In this document: positions 1 through 9,638 of the stretch, piece after piece
How positions within the stretch are numbered: position 1 is the first letter of the stretch
Layout: the number at the start of each line of letters is the position of its first letter
NCBI GenBank assembly: GCA_023245355.1
Contig: JAHFKN010000001.1
Location: 268,596 to 332,595 of the forward strand
Reading direction: 5' to 3'
From: Candidatus Gottesmanbacteria bacterium
GTDB taxonomy: Bacteria > Patescibacteriota > Microgenomatia > UBA10105 > UBA927
Length of the DNA stretch: 64,000 nt
Notes under the pieces: model-generated
Database searches by the model: none
Told to the model about the DNA's origin: nothing
What the model saw: only the letters and a program-made list of their open reading frames with translations
Translations under genes and position numbers: made by a program

Positions 1-288
1 GGCCATGGGGTATACCGACGTCACCGGAACCCAAAAATAATACATAAGCATGAGAATGACCGGCAACAGCAGCGTCGTAAGCACGATGATGAGCAACCCT
101 CCGCCGACCGGGGTTCCTGCTTTGTGGTGATGAAATTTATCGAACAACGGAGTACGTTTATTAAACATATCCCGGGTGACCTGCTGCAAGCGTTGCAGCC
201 GCAGATGATACAAAAGCTTGATAAACGGAATAAACAGCACGCTGTGCGCAAGCCAGGAAAATAATACGACCCCAAGGAGTAATTGCAT
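1..288 (-). CDS. mraY: Phospho-N-acetylmuramoyl-pentapeptide transferase MraY, N-terminal part (runs off the window)
   Basis: Not in the ORF track. Manual translation from ATG at 288 gives MQLLLGVVLFSWLAHSVLFIPFIKLLY...FDKFHHHKAGTPVGGGLLIIVL..., containing the MraY K-x-GTP-x-GG motif after TM1. dcw context. Confidence 0.85.
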   Translation of the reverse strand, partial: MQLLLGVVLFSWLAHSVLFIPFIKLLYHLRLQRLQQVTRDMFNKRTPLFDKFHHHKAGTPVGGGLLIIVLTTLLLPVILMLMYYFWVPVTSVYPMA

Positions 289-292
289 AAAT

Positions 293-667
293 TTACAGTC
301 CGAACCGGGAAATAAGCTTCGGCCCCAATATAAAAGCGGCCACAACAAGCGCACCTATGGCTACCGTAAGCATCATCCCTGCCGCGACATCTTTTGCTAT
401 TTTGGCATCAGCACGCCATTCTTTCGTAATCAGATCCGTCATCGCTTCAAGCGAGGTATTTATAAGTTCCGCCGAAAGCCCCAATACGATAGTAAATACG
501 ATCACTACCCATTCGATCGGGCTCACCCCGAGAAACCAGCATAAAAATAGCGCAACAAACGAGAGCGCTATATGTACCCTGAAATTCGGCTGCGTGGTTA
601 CGGCCCACCCTAATCCGCTGAATGCGTTTTTAAACGAAATATGGTGCTGCTCTAAAATCTTTTTCAT
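293..667 (-). CDS. dgkA: Prokaryotic diacylglycerol/undecaprenol kinase (DgkA/UdpK family)
   Basis: SFKNAFSGL...PNFRVH, ELINTSLEAMTDL and AKIAKDVAAG motifs; 3 TM helices; adjacent to mraY. Confidence 0.88.
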   Translation of the reverse strand: MKKILEQHHISFKNAFSGLGWAVTTQPNFRVHIALSFVALFLCWFLGVSPIEWVVIVFTIVLGLSAELINTSLEAMTDLITKEWRADAKIAKDVAAGMMLTVAIGALVVAAFILGPKLISRFGL

Positions 668-698
668 ATCCTGATATATGCGTGTCAGCCTCCGTTAT

Positions 699-727
699 AG
701 TATAGAAAGTCAGAAACGAAAATACAA
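699..727 (-). promoter_or_regulatory. Putative sigma70 promoter for dgkA-mraY
   Basis: Minus strand reads TTGTAT-N17-TATACT. Confidence 0.5.
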
Positions 728-743
728 ACCGGCCCGGTTTATC
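712..743 (-). terminator. Putative intrinsic terminator after the Fem-family gene
   Basis: Hairpin AUAAACCG-GGC-CGGUUUGU followed by AUUUUCGUUUC, immediately after the stop at 747. Confidence 0.4.
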
Positions 744-746
744 TTC

Positions 747-1760
747 CTAATCATATCCCTTGAGCATTCTTCTTATCGTCTCTATGGTTCTGGTTATCCG
801 GTACAGGGGGGAAACCGGTAAATCCTGCGCATGCAGATATTCGACTAACCGGCCCCCGAAACCGGTTTTGAACAACGTTATCCCCCGCCACGGGTGATTT
901 GGACTGTTTTGAGGAGCAATTCCCCAAAAATTGTACACGTTCATTCCCCGTTTTTTCGCCTCGGTTATCGCTTCCCACTGGATTGCATATGAAACCGGAG
1001 ATTTAGACGGCAATGACGCTCCGTGGTGGTAAATTGCCTGGTTCCCGTAATACAAAATGATTGCGGAACCGATGGTTTTTCCGTCCGCTTTTCCTACGTA
1101 CAACATCGCCTGCTTTTGTCCGGCAAACACTTCAAATTCTTCCCGGATGCCGCCATGCGGCACGAATCCGTGACGAGCACTGGTGGAGGTATACAGATCA
1201 AAAAATTCCGTTAGATGCTTGGGGTCCGTCGTAGAATACACTTGTATCTGTTCTTTGGCAGCCCGTCTGATCTCATAGCGCGTCGTTTTCCTCATGGCGG
1301 ACAGCAGCTGTTCTTCGGAAGCCCCCAAATCCAGCACCCAACAATATTCACCGTCCATGCGGTGAATTGATGCAGGAAGCAACCCGAACGACCGGAAAAA
1401 CGCCTGATTGGCGGATGTATCTTCCACGAGCGGATTAAGGCGCACGAACCAGCATCCCAGACGCTTGGCTTCAGAAGACAAAAATGCAAGAACGCCTTTC
1501 CACAGCTTTGCATCCTGAGAAGCCAAAACGGGCCCATGGCGGACATGGAGAAATGATCCTCTCCGTGCACGGACGAGGCATGCCTGAATCACGCCGACAA
1601 GCACATCTTTTTTATAGACACCGTACCGCAAAACCGTCACTCCTGCCCGTTTCTGTACTTCTCCCCATAACCAGCTTTGGAATAACGCCTGGGGGGACGA
1701 ACGGAGCACAAACAATTCCCATGATGACCGGTCCTCAAAAACCTCAAAGCGGAGTGACAT
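747..1760 (-). CDS. FemABX-family lipid II aminoacyl-tRNA-dependent peptidyltransferase (peptidoglycan bridge formation)
   Basis: FQSWLWG, HGP, MRKTTRYEIRRA, YHHGAS, YNFWGI and GITLFKTGFGG motifs. Start moved to ATG 1760 to avoid overlap with the upstream gene. Confidence 0.88.
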   Translation of the reverse strand: MSLRFEVFEDRSSWELFVLRSSPQALFQSWLWGEVQKRAGVTVLRYGVYKKDVLVGVIQACLVRARRGSFLHVRHGPVLASQDAKLWKGVLAFLSSEAKRLGCWFVRLNPLVEDTSANQAFFRSFGLLPASIHRMDGEYCWVLDLGASEEQLLSAMRKTTRYEIRRAAKEQIQVYSTTDPKHLTEFFDLYTSTSARHGFVPHGGIREEFEVFAGQKQAMLYVGKADGKTIGSAIILYYGNQAIYHHGASLPSKSPVSYAIQWEAITEAKKRGMNVYNFWGIAPQNSPNHPWRGITLFKTGFGGRLVEYLHAQDLPVSPLYRITRTIETIRRMLKGYD

Positions 1761-1764
1761 ACCG

Positions 1765-2400
1765 CTATTGTACGTGAAAGCCGATCTCATCGCCAATTGT
1801 CGTTTCCTCACCGTGCCCGGGCATCAGCCTGGTTTGAGCAGGATACGACAGTATCCGGCGCACGGAGGCAGCAAGCGTAAGGGGGCTCGCATACGAGTGG
1901 TCCGTTCTGCCGACAGAGCCGTTTGCAAATATAGTATCTCCCGTAAACAGCACACCCGAATGTTTTTCGTACAGGCAAATGCTCCCCGGCGTATGGCCCG
2001 GCGTATGAAGGACCGTAAGACGCACGGCTCCTGCCGCTATAATCCCGCGGTTGGCAAGTTTCCGGTCGACAGACGGCGCGGGGTCGACATATCTAACTTG
2101 CAAAAAATGTTTTGCGGTCTCTTCCATCCGATCTACAAGAAACGTATCGAGAGGATGAATGGCAAACGGGATGCCGAATCCCAGCTTGAGCGCATACGCT
2201 CCCATAATATGGTCGAAATGTCCGTGGGTAGCGACGATAAGCGCCGGCCTGATGCGCAACTTAAGAAGCGTGTCGCTTATATATTCCGGATCATCACCGG
2301 GATCGATAATAATTCCCTCGTGCGTATCCGGATCGGAGACAATGTAGCAATTTGCAGCCATCTGTCCCACGGCAAGCGTTGTGATAACAGGTTTTTTCAT
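1765..2400 (-). CDS. MBL-fold metallo-hydrolase (glyoxalase II/YcbL-like)
   Basis: THGHFDH, HTPGHTPGS, FTGDT and PGHG motifs. Confidence 0.88.
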   Translation of the reverse strand: MKKPVITTLAVGQMAANCYIVSDPDTHEGIIIDPGDDPEYISDTLLKLRIRPALIVATHGHFDHIMGAYALKLGFGIPFAIHPLDTFLVDRMEETAKHFLQVRYVDPAPSVDRKLANRGIIAAGAVRLTVLHTPGHTPGSICLYEKHSGVLFTGDTIFANGSVGRTDHSYASPLTLAASVRRILSYPAQTRLMPGHGEETTIGDEIGFHVQ

Positions 2401-2439
2401 GTGATAAGTAGGCGACTCTCTCATGAGCACAGAGAGAGA

Positions 2440-3411
2440 TTAATCGGCAAAAATTTGCGTAAACATGAGTCCGTATATCCCGCCGTCAACGATACCGATT
2501 CCGATCCGGTGAAACCGCGGCTCCAATATATTTTTCCGGTGGCCTTCGCTTGCCATAAGCCCCTGATGTGCGCTCGCTACATCGGGCGCATAGGCGAGAT
2601 TTTCCCCGACCAATGTAAATTTTACATTCGCGTCATTCATTCGGTCGGCCGCGTTTTTTCCTGCGGGGTCATAATGTGAAAAATACCGCTGCTCAAACAT
2701 GTCCGTGCTTTTACTGCGGGCGACGGCTGTTATGGCGACATCCGTACGGAGCTCGGGGATATTCAGACGGACCCGCTCTTTGTTAACCAGCAATATCATT
2801 TCTTTTTCCAGATCTTCACGGACGGTAAATTTGGATTTTTTCTGTGGGATATCCAGAGGGATCCGCTCGTTTGAGCCGGGCTCCACCGTCAGAAACTTAA
2901 GCGCTTCCCGGCTGATTTCTTCAAGTGAAGACTCCATATTCCCTCCGTACCGGTCAGACATGACGACCAGCCTGCTTCCTATGACGGATTGCCGTATATC
3001 CTGTTTGATGGAACCCCGGAGCGGCAACGATAAGGCAAGAAGCAGGAAAAACGCGATAACGAGCAATGCATTACCGGAAGAAAGCAATCCTCCTAACCAA
3101 TGATTTGCCTTTGACGAACTGAGTTTTTCCGGCAGGCGGTCCACAGCATACAAAAGCAGCGACTCGATGAGAATCTGCGACACGAAGGCAACCGCAATAT
3201 ACCCCAACACATTTGTCCATGAAGCGGGAGCACCGAATTTTTCCGTAAAAAAATTTCCGACAGGAGTGTGAAACCGGATCGCCAGCCATAACGATATGAG
3301 GAACGACCCCATATTGGCAAGCAATGAAGTAAACCCGCGCTGCCATCCGTCATATACCGCATAGCAGATAACAGCGATAATGACCCAGTCCACCCAGTTC
3401 GGCATATACAT
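2440..3411 (-). CDS. CvpA (colicin V production) membrane domain fused to a CAP/SCP domain
   Basis: N-terminal NWVD..I..GWQRGF with TM helices; C-terminal LVNKER, YFSH, GENLA, LMASEGHRKNIL and IGIG CAP motifs. TAATG overlap with the upstream gene sets the start. Confidence 0.82.
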   Translation of the reverse strand: MYMPNWVDWVIIAVICYAVYDGWQRGFTSLLANMGSFLISLWLAIRFHTPVGNFFTEKFGAPASWTNVLGYIAVAFVSQILIESLLLYAVDRLPEKLSSSKANHWLGGLLSSGNALLVIAFFLLLALSLPLRGSIKQDIRQSVIGSRLVVMSDRYGGNMESSLEEISREALKFLTVEPGSNERIPLDIPQKKSKFTVREDLEKEMILLVNKERVRLNIPELRTDVAITAVARSKSTDMFEQRYFSHYDPAGKNAADRMNDANVKFTLVGENLAYAPDVASAHQGLMASEGHRKNILEPRFHRIGIGIVDGGIYGLMFTQIFAD

Positions 3412-4649
3412 TATGTTACACCCAATAATGAAATGATGCGCTTTGCATCGCGGGAAGGAATCAGCGTCGGAAGATTGATAATCGTTTTGGCAGCCTGTTC
3501 TGCTTGCGGACAACTTCCTGGTGTATATCCGACGGCGCGAAAATCCGTGCCTGCAGGATCGATAATATTGTGATACCAATTTCCCAACAGAATACCGCGC
3601 TTTTTGGCATCCGCCAGTATGCGTTCCGGTTCAGACAGCAGAACCGGATACCGCAATAACGACGCCCCCCGCACCTCCGGCGGCAATACTGCTTCAGGAC
3701 GTGAAAGCTGCTCCGTATACATATTGGAAATTTTTTGCCGCTGCTTCACATACCGGTCCAGTTTATTGAGCTGACCTAAAAGTAACACTGCCAAGGCATT
3801 GGGGTATTTCGCAGGAAAATCAGCCGGACGTTTTCCCAACTTTTCCTCCCGATATACGGGAACGGAAAGTGCGTGTAATTTCTGCAACAGGACAAGCAGC
3901 GCTCTCCCTATCCCGGATCCATACAGCGGGATAATGACGGAAAACGCGACCGGGTGGAATACCTGCTGTAATGTCCAGCTCCCGCGCGGAAACCGGAGCG
4001 ATGCATGATACCGCCTCATATGTGCAAACGCCGGCTCGTGTGATGCATGAATCACCGCTGCCCCGCCCCACACACTGGAAACCGCCTTGTCCCGACCAAA
4101 ACTGAAAAACGCCGCGTCACCGAGCGTTCCCAGTTTCTTCCCCTGATACTTTCCTCCTAACGCATGGGCGCAATCCTCGATTAGCAGGATGTTGTGTTTT
4201 TTTGCAAGTACCTGCAACCCATGCATATCAGCCGGAATACCGAATGTATGCTGGGCGATTATTGCTTTTGTTTTCCGCGTTATCTTTTTTTCTACATCAA
4301 CCACATCCAGATTGTATGACGCATCGATATCCGCATACACGGGAGTCGCTTTAGACCACAGGACGCTGTTGGGTACGGCAACGCAGGTAAATGCCTGGAC
4401 GATAACCTCGTCTCCCTTTCCGATATCAAATGCCTGCAGGATAGCGAGTAACGCGCTGCGCCCGCTGTTAAACAATGCCACATGAGAACAGTTAAAGTAA
4501 TTCCGGAACCATTGAGCAACTTTATGAAGATCGGTATTCTGAAACCATTTCCACGGGGATAGGGCTACCGACAGCGCGCGCCATACGTCATCCGCTTCCG
4601 TATTCGGGGAAAGAGACGCCGATATAACACGCCGCAGATATATATGCAT
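3411..4649 (-). CDS. DegT/DnrJ/EryC1/StrS-family PLP-dependent aminotransferase-like protein
   Basis: NSGRSAL, GDEVIVQAFTC, QHTFG, IEDCAHALG, FSFGRDK (PLP lysine) and INLPT motifs. Confidence 0.85.
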   Translation of the reverse strand: MHIYLRRVISASLSPNTEADDVWRALSVALSPWKWFQNTDLHKVAQWFRNYFNCSHVALFNSGRSALLAILQAFDIGKGDEVIVQAFTCVAVPNSVLWSKATPVYADIDASYNLDVVDVEKKITRKTKAIIAQHTFGIPADMHGLQVLAKKHNILLIEDCAHALGGKYQGKKLGTLGDAAFFSFGRDKAVSSVWGGAAVIHASHEPAFAHMRRYHASLRFPRGSWTLQQVFHPVAFSVIIPLYGSGIGRALLVLLQKLHALSVPVYREEKLGKRPADFPAKYPNALAVLLLGQLNKLDRYVKQRQKISNMYTEQLSRPEAVLPPEVRGASLLRYPVLLSEPERILADAKKRGILLGNWYHNIIDPAGTDFRAVGYTPGSCPQAEQAAKTIINLPTLIPSRDAKRIISLLGVT

Positions 4650-4654
4650 ATAGC

Positions 4655-6256
4655 TTATACCAGAATATTCAGGGTATGTTCCGTATCTTTCCCCTTAAAA
4701 AGCACGGTATCGCCTTTCCCGATGTGGCCGCGTATATAGGCAGCCGCCTGAACCGGACTGACAACCAGCACCGGCACGTCGCGGGACACACGCCGCACCC
4801 CGCGCTCAAATGCCTCCTTATAACTGTCGTTGGTAAGGAGTATCGCGTCACATGCCGCCCCTGCAAGCGCCCCCACCTCCTCGTGAGAACGTTCCGCATA
4901 CGTTCCCAACTCTATCATCGGTTGGAATACGAGTATTTTTTTGCCCTTTTGTCCCTGCAAAAATGCGATGGCTGCGCCCGCTGCATCCGGATTATTATTA
5001 AACGTATCGTCGACAAAAACCGCGCCCTGTATACCGGGAATTACCTCCATCACTTTATGCGCCGCCTGTATCCTGGAAGCGGCCGCGCACGCCTTTTCCA
5101 GTGTGAGACCGCCTGCAACGGAGGCGGCAATAGCTGCCAGTATATTTCCGGCCTGATGGATACCGACGACAGGCGAAGAAACGTGCTCTGTCGTTTTACC
5201 CGATGTACAGTCGAATTCCACCCCGTGTATATCCGTGCGTATTTTCGAAGCACGAAACAGATGATCTCCTGCTATTCCTTTATATGCATGCAAGGCGCCG
5301 CGTGTGGTCCAGCCCCAAAGCTGACATCCGTCGCGGATTGCCCATGTACCCATCGTGCGCGTTTTCTCATCGTCCAGATTCACAATGGCAATCTTTCGCC
5401 CGACCAGCCCCTGAATCAGTTCATATTTTGCCTGCATCGTAACTTCGATGGATCCGAACAAATCCTGATGCTGCGGATTGATCGCCGTAAGCACACCGAT
5501 TTCCGGTTTTACCATGGTTGCCATATACCCGATCTCTCCCCGCTTATATGCACCCATTTCCACGATAAACGCCTGGTGCGCGGACGAAAGCGAGCGGAGT
5601 ATTGTTTCGGCAATCCCGATAGGTGAATTTTTGCTCGCTTCGGTTTTGAGTGTCACTACTGAACCGGAAAGTATCGATGCCAGGTATTCTTTCACGGATG
5701 TTTTTCCGTAACTTCCCGTGATTCCGATGACAGTCATCGGTGCATGATGCGAAAGTGCGCGGACGGCACGGCTGATGATACTCATGTGATATACCCTGGT
5801 GGGAATTGTCATTCCCAGCACGACAAGGGCACTAAACGGGAACAACAGCACGTCTGCAATCGTAAGCCCGATAACGGCAGGATACGGCACGCGTACCGCC
5901 AGCCAGACGATAAACAGAACCAACATAGCACCGAGCACAATCACTTTCGGAGAAACAGGCGGCAGATGCCAGTGCCGGATGCGGCGCACATATGTGATTC
6001 CCAGTACACACAATCCGGCGGAAAACAGAATCTCCGTAACCGGCTTATACGGCAGTACAAACCATGCGAAAGCCGCAATAGCCAGCATGATCCGGGTGCG
6101 GCCCATGACAACCGTACCCCCTTGTTTGGTCCGAAGATGTATCATCATCCGGTCCCAACGGTATTCTTTACGCCACCACAAAAACAACAGGCCGGAAACC
6201 GTGTATCCGAAACGGAGCATGAATCCTAAAATCCCCAGCAGCGATGCAATTTCCAT
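4655..6256 (-). CDS. murF: UDP-MurNAc-tripeptide:D-Ala-D-Ala ligase MurF with an N-terminal membrane extension
   Basis: GITGSYGKTSVKE P-loop, VEMGA and DDTFNNNP motifs; about 150 aa of hydrophobic N-terminus. Confidence 0.82.
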   Translation of the reverse strand: MEIASLLGILGFMLRFGYTVSGLLFLWWRKEYRWDRMMIHLRTKQGGTVVMGRTRIMLAIAAFAWFVLPYKPVTEILFSAGLCVLGITYVRRIRHWHLPPVSPKVIVLGAMLVLFIVWLAVRVPYPAVIGLTIADVLLFPFSALVVLGMTIPTRVYHMSIISRAVRALSHHAPMTVIGITGSYGKTSVKEYLASILSGSVVTLKTEASKNSPIGIAETILRSLSSAHQAFIVEMGAYKRGEIGYMATMVKPEIGVLTAINPQHQDLFGSIEVTMQAKYELIQGLVGRKIAIVNLDDEKTRTMGTWAIRDGCQLWGWTTRGALHAYKGIAGDHLFRASKIRTDIHGVEFDCTSGKTTEHVSSPVVGIHQAGNILAAIAASVAGGLTLEKACAAASRIQAAHKVMEVIPGIQGAVFVDDTFNNNPDAAGAAIAFLQGQKGKKILVFQPMIELGTYAERSHEEVGALAGAACDAILLTNDSYKEAFERGVRRVSRDVPVLVVSPVQAAAYIRGHIGKGDTVLFKGKDTEHTLNILV

Positions 6257-6257
6257 A

Positions 6258-6977
6258 TTACCGGTGCAAAAAATCTTCTATGTAGGACATAAATATTTTC
6301 GGATGCTTAAACGGAACGCCGTGATCTTCTTCCGGTATCACTTTCAATACTGCCGTGGTTATGGATTCCTGCATACGCCGTGCGATGGCAACCGGCACGA
6401 TCACGTCAAATTCTCCCCATACGAGCAAACAGGGAATTTTTATCGTGGCCATGGCGGACGTGAGATCATCCTGTACGACATATTTAAACGTTTGGCCCAT
6501 CGTGCCTTCGGCACGGATAAATTCGCGCGCCCCGGCCAGATAATACAAAAACCGCCGTGCCCGGTCCGCCATAAGATTGAGCATCGGAAGTGCAAACAGC
6601 AGGCCGCCTATTTTGGAAACGACGAGAAAAAACATCAGCTTTTTCGTCGGTACCGGACTGAATCCCGGCGTTCCCGTCAGAATAAGTTCACGGACATCAT
6701 CCGGATACAGCTGGGAAAATTTCAGTGCGACCCTGCCGCCGAACGAATGCCCGATGATGACGGGGTTACGGATATGATTTTTTTCAACATATGACTTCAA
6801 AAACTCCGCATAATCCACCACATGCCATGGTTTGGCCGGCGGCGGTTCATCTCCGAAACCCGGCAAATCCGGCGCAAACACGCGATGACCGGATTTTATA
6901 AGCAGCTCGGATAGCGGGGCAAACCGCTTACCCGATAAATTCCACCCATGCAGGATAATAATATCGTCTGATTTCAT
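6258..6977 (-). CDS. Alpha/beta-fold hydrolase (esterase-like)
   Basis: LHGW oxyanion loop, DLPGFG, GHSFGG nucleophile elbow, WGEFD acid residue and DHG histidine. Confidence 0.88.
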   Translation of the reverse strand: MKSDDIIILHGWNLSGKRFAPLSELLIKSGHRVFAPDLPGFGDEPPPAKPWHVVDYAEFLKSYVEKNHIRNPVIIGHSFGGRVALKFSQLYPDDVRELILTGTPGFSPVPTKKLMFFLVVSKIGGLLFALPMLNLMADRARRFLYYLAGAREFIRAEGTMGQTFKYVVQDDLTSAMATIKIPCLLVWGEFDVIVPVAIARRMQESITTAVLKVIPEEDHGVPFKHPKIFMSYIEDFLHR

Positions 6978-6991
6978 AAAAACTGCGGGGA

Positions 6992-8299
6992 TTACAGCTT
7001 GGCCTTATACTTGTGCCGGTCAGCCCCGATTTTTTTGGTATTAGTGGTAACGGTATACCCGCGCGAGGCCACACAAAAGGAATCTGCGGGTATATCGGCG
7101 TCCAGTACGACGCCTGATCCGATAAACGAGTTGGTTCCGATTTTGACTCCCGGCATGATGCTTGCGTTTCCTCCGATTCTGACATCACGCGCAATCATGG
7201 CGCCCAACTTGGTCCGCTGCGTGTTATGGCGTGTATCTCCTACCATGGAATATATGTCTCCCTCATCCAAACGCAGGTTCGCAAGTATCGCGCCCGATCC
7301 CATGCTTACATTTCCTTCCAATACGCTGTCGCCGATGTAATTTGCGTGGAGCCAGCATTGATCCCCGACGTAGCTGCGGGTGATATCGGTATTAAATCCG
7401 GTCACACAGTTTGCTCCGATGTAACTGTCCCTGATGATATTGTTATTTCCGATGACCGTATTGTCACCGATGTACACGGGACCCACAATTTTCGTATTTT
7501 CGAATATCCGGACATTATTGCCGATATACACGGGTCCTTCCAGACTGACATTGTTTTTGATGTCCACGTGTTTTCCCCGTCCCGGCTGCAATCCATGCGC
7601 CAGTACATATGACATGACGTCCAGTATATGCCAGGGGTATTTAAGTGACACAAACCTACCTTCATGCGGAATCAGGGTAAACCTGTGTTCCGCCATAAGA
7701 CTCGAGAGTGCCTGCTCATATATGTCGTCGGATTTCGAATCCGATGATGCGATAGCGGAAAGCAGCAAATCGGCATTTTCTATATACTGACCGCCGAAAT
7801 ATACATAATCGCTCGGGGTTTTTCCTGCTCCCGGTTTTTCACGGATTCCTATCGGGCGGTCTTCGCGGAATACAATGTATCCTCCGGGGAAATATGACTT
7901 GGATTTCCATGCCGTCAATACTCCCATGACGTCAGGACGCGCTGCTTTCAACATGGTCGTAAGAAGTCCCGGATCCGCAATGTCATCTGCGATGACGATA
8001 ACGATACTCCTGCCTGCAATTTCGTGGCTTGCCGCGACGACTGCTCCCGCCATGCCGGTGGGCTTTTCCTGGACGACGACGCGGTGCGGAACCGGAAGAG
8101 TCACATGCTCAAAATATTCCCGGTTCCCGGAGCTTGTTACGATAACACACGAGGTAATCTGCGGCGGAAATTCTTTCGGAATTGCAAAATCAAACATGGT
8201 TTTATCCAGGAAAGGAAACAGATTTTTGTCCGTCACAAACGGCCGGAACCGCTTTCCTTCTCCTGCAGCTAAAATTACCATGACGACGTCTTTTTTCAT
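6992..8299 (-). CDS. glmU: Bifunctional sugar-1-phosphate nucleotidyltransferase/acetyltransferase, archaeal-type GlmU-like
   Basis: LAAGEGKRFRP, EKP and YPW motifs, hexapeptide repeats, YIGDSV, ANLRLD, KLGAMI and PGVKIG; directly downstream of murA. Confidence 0.7.
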   Translation of the reverse strand: MKKDVVMVILAAGEGKRFRPFVTDKNLFPFLDKTMFDFAIPKEFPPQITSCVIVTSSGNREYFEHVTLPVPHRVVVQEKPTGMAGAVVAASHEIAGRSIVIVIADDIADPGLLTTMLKAARPDVMGVLTAWKSKSYFPGGYIVFREDRPIGIREKPGAGKTPSDYVYFGGQYIENADLLLSAIASSDSKSDDIYEQALSSLMAEHRFTLIPHEGRFVSLKYPWHILDVMSYVLAHGLQPGRGKHVDIKNNVSLEGPVYIGNNVRIFENTKIVGPVYIGDNTVIGNNNIIRDSYIGANCVTGFNTDITRSYVGDQCWLHANYIGDSVLEGNVSMGSGAILANLRLDEGDIYSMVGDTRHNTQRTKLGAMIARDVRIGGNASIMPGVKIGTNSFIGSGVVLDADIPADSFCVASRGYTVTTNTKKIGADRHKYKAKL

Positions 8300-9636
8300 G
8301 CTGTCTGCTCCTTCTTCCGCCGGATTGTCGCGCCGACTTCAGTCAGCCGCTCTTCTAAATTTTCATACCCGCGGTCAATAAGCTCGACGTTATGCAGATA
8401 ACTCTCTCCGGTAGCGGTAAGCGCCGCAAGCACCAACGATGCTCCTGCCCTGATATCATCGACCGACAATACGGCATCATGCAGTTTCGTGGGTCCCGTA
8501 ATCCGGATCCCCTGATGATATTCTTCTTTGCGGTCCTCCCAATTGAAGTTGTAAAACGCCGGCGGATTGGTAACCTGCGGATCATAAAATTCTATGGCCG
8601 CTCCCATTTTTTTAAGCTCCGACACATACGAAAACCTGCTTTCGAATACGGTCTCGTGAATCGTGGAAACGCCCTGCGCCTGTGTCATAAATACTGCCCA
8701 CGGTGCCTGCCAGTCTGTCATAAATCCGGGATGCGGAAGGGTCACGATATCGGTTTTCTGTAACTGTTTGCCCAGACTGTACCGGGTATGCGTTTCATCC
8801 AGTACTTCATACGCACCTCCCGCACGCGTAAATACCTCCAGGAATGACCCCAGATATTTGAGTTGAGATCCGCTCACGGTAAGATTGCCGCCGGTAATTG
8901 CGGCCGCTATCGCAAACGTCACTTCTTCATTCCGGTCAGGCATGATCGTATATTCCACGCCGTGAAGCGCTGATACGCCGGTAATTTCGATTGTCCGCGG
9001 GTTTACACGCCGGATATCGGCGCCCATAAGATTTAAGCACGTAATCAGATCATCAACTTCTATTTCTTCTGCGGCATTTTCGATAACCGTTTTGCCGTCC
9101 GCTAACACGGCCGCCAAAAGTATCGTCTCTGTTCCGGTATGGGTATTTTTGGGAAAATGCACGGTTGCACCGTGAAGCTTAGAAGCACTTGCATGGAAAA
9201 ATCCGTCCTCGGAATTATAGTCTATCGAAGCGCCCATATCCTTAAGGCCCTCTATATGTCTGTCTATCGGGCGAGCGCCAAGCCGGCATCCTCCCGGATT
9301 CGGAACCGTCGCACTGCCGTAACGCGCGAGTAACGGCCCCAATACCATCGACGACGTGCGGAGCCGCGCGCCGATATCCAGCGGCACTAACGGATGTTTG
9401 GCCATCGTACCGTTTTTGATTCTAAGATCGTGAGCCGTAAATTGTGCACGTACCCCGAGGCTTTTTAATACATCAATGAGCGAAAACACATCTTTAAGAT
9501 GCGGCACATTATGAATCACTATTTCCTCGTCGGTAAGAAGCGACGCGATAAGTATTTTCAGGGCGACATTTTTTGCCCCTCCGACCGGAATTTCTCCGGA
9601 AAGCGGCGTGCCCCCTTTGATGATAAATGTATCCAT
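8296..9636 (-). CDS. murA: UDP-N-acetylglucosamine 1-carboxyvinyltransferase
   Basis: GAKN, PGGCRLGARP (catalytic Cys), NAAEEIEV, PDRNE, PGFMTD, ETVFESRF and DIRAGA motifs. Confidence 0.96.
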   Translation of the reverse strand: MDTFIIKGGTPLSGEIPVGGAKNVALKILIASLLTDEEIVIHNVPHLKDVFSLIDVLKSLGVRAQFTAHDLRIKNGTMAKHPLVPLDIGARLRTSSMVLGPLLARYGSATVPNPGGCRLGARPIDRHIEGLKDMGASIDYNSEDGFFHASASKLHGATVHFPKNTHTGTETILLAAVLADGKTVIENAAEEIEVDDLITCLNLMGADIRRVNPRTIEITGVSALHGVEYTIMPDRNEEVTFAIAAAITGGNLTVSGSQLKYLGSFLEVFTRAGGAYEVLDETHTRYSLGKQLQKTDIVTLPHPGFMTDWQAPWAVFMTQAQGVSTIHETVFESRFSYVSELKKMGAAIEFYDPQVTNPPAFYNFNWEDRKEEYHQGIRITGPTKLHDAVLSVDDIRAGASLVLAALTATGESYLHNVELIDRGYENLEERLTEVGATIRRKKEQTA

Positions 9637-9638
9637 AG

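Noticed and set aside
21-275. 84-aa Cys-rich minus-strand ORF in the track
   Set aside because: It is an alternative frame of the true gene, mraY (1-288).
1765-2400. MBL-fold gene as a beta-lactamase resistance determinant
   Set aside because: THGHFDH and GHG motifs and the lack of a signal peptide fit the cytoplasmic glyoxalase II/YcbL-like group.
8296-9636. Intrinsic fosfomycin-resistant MurA
   Set aside because: The catalytic Cys is present (PGGCRLG), not the Asp variant.
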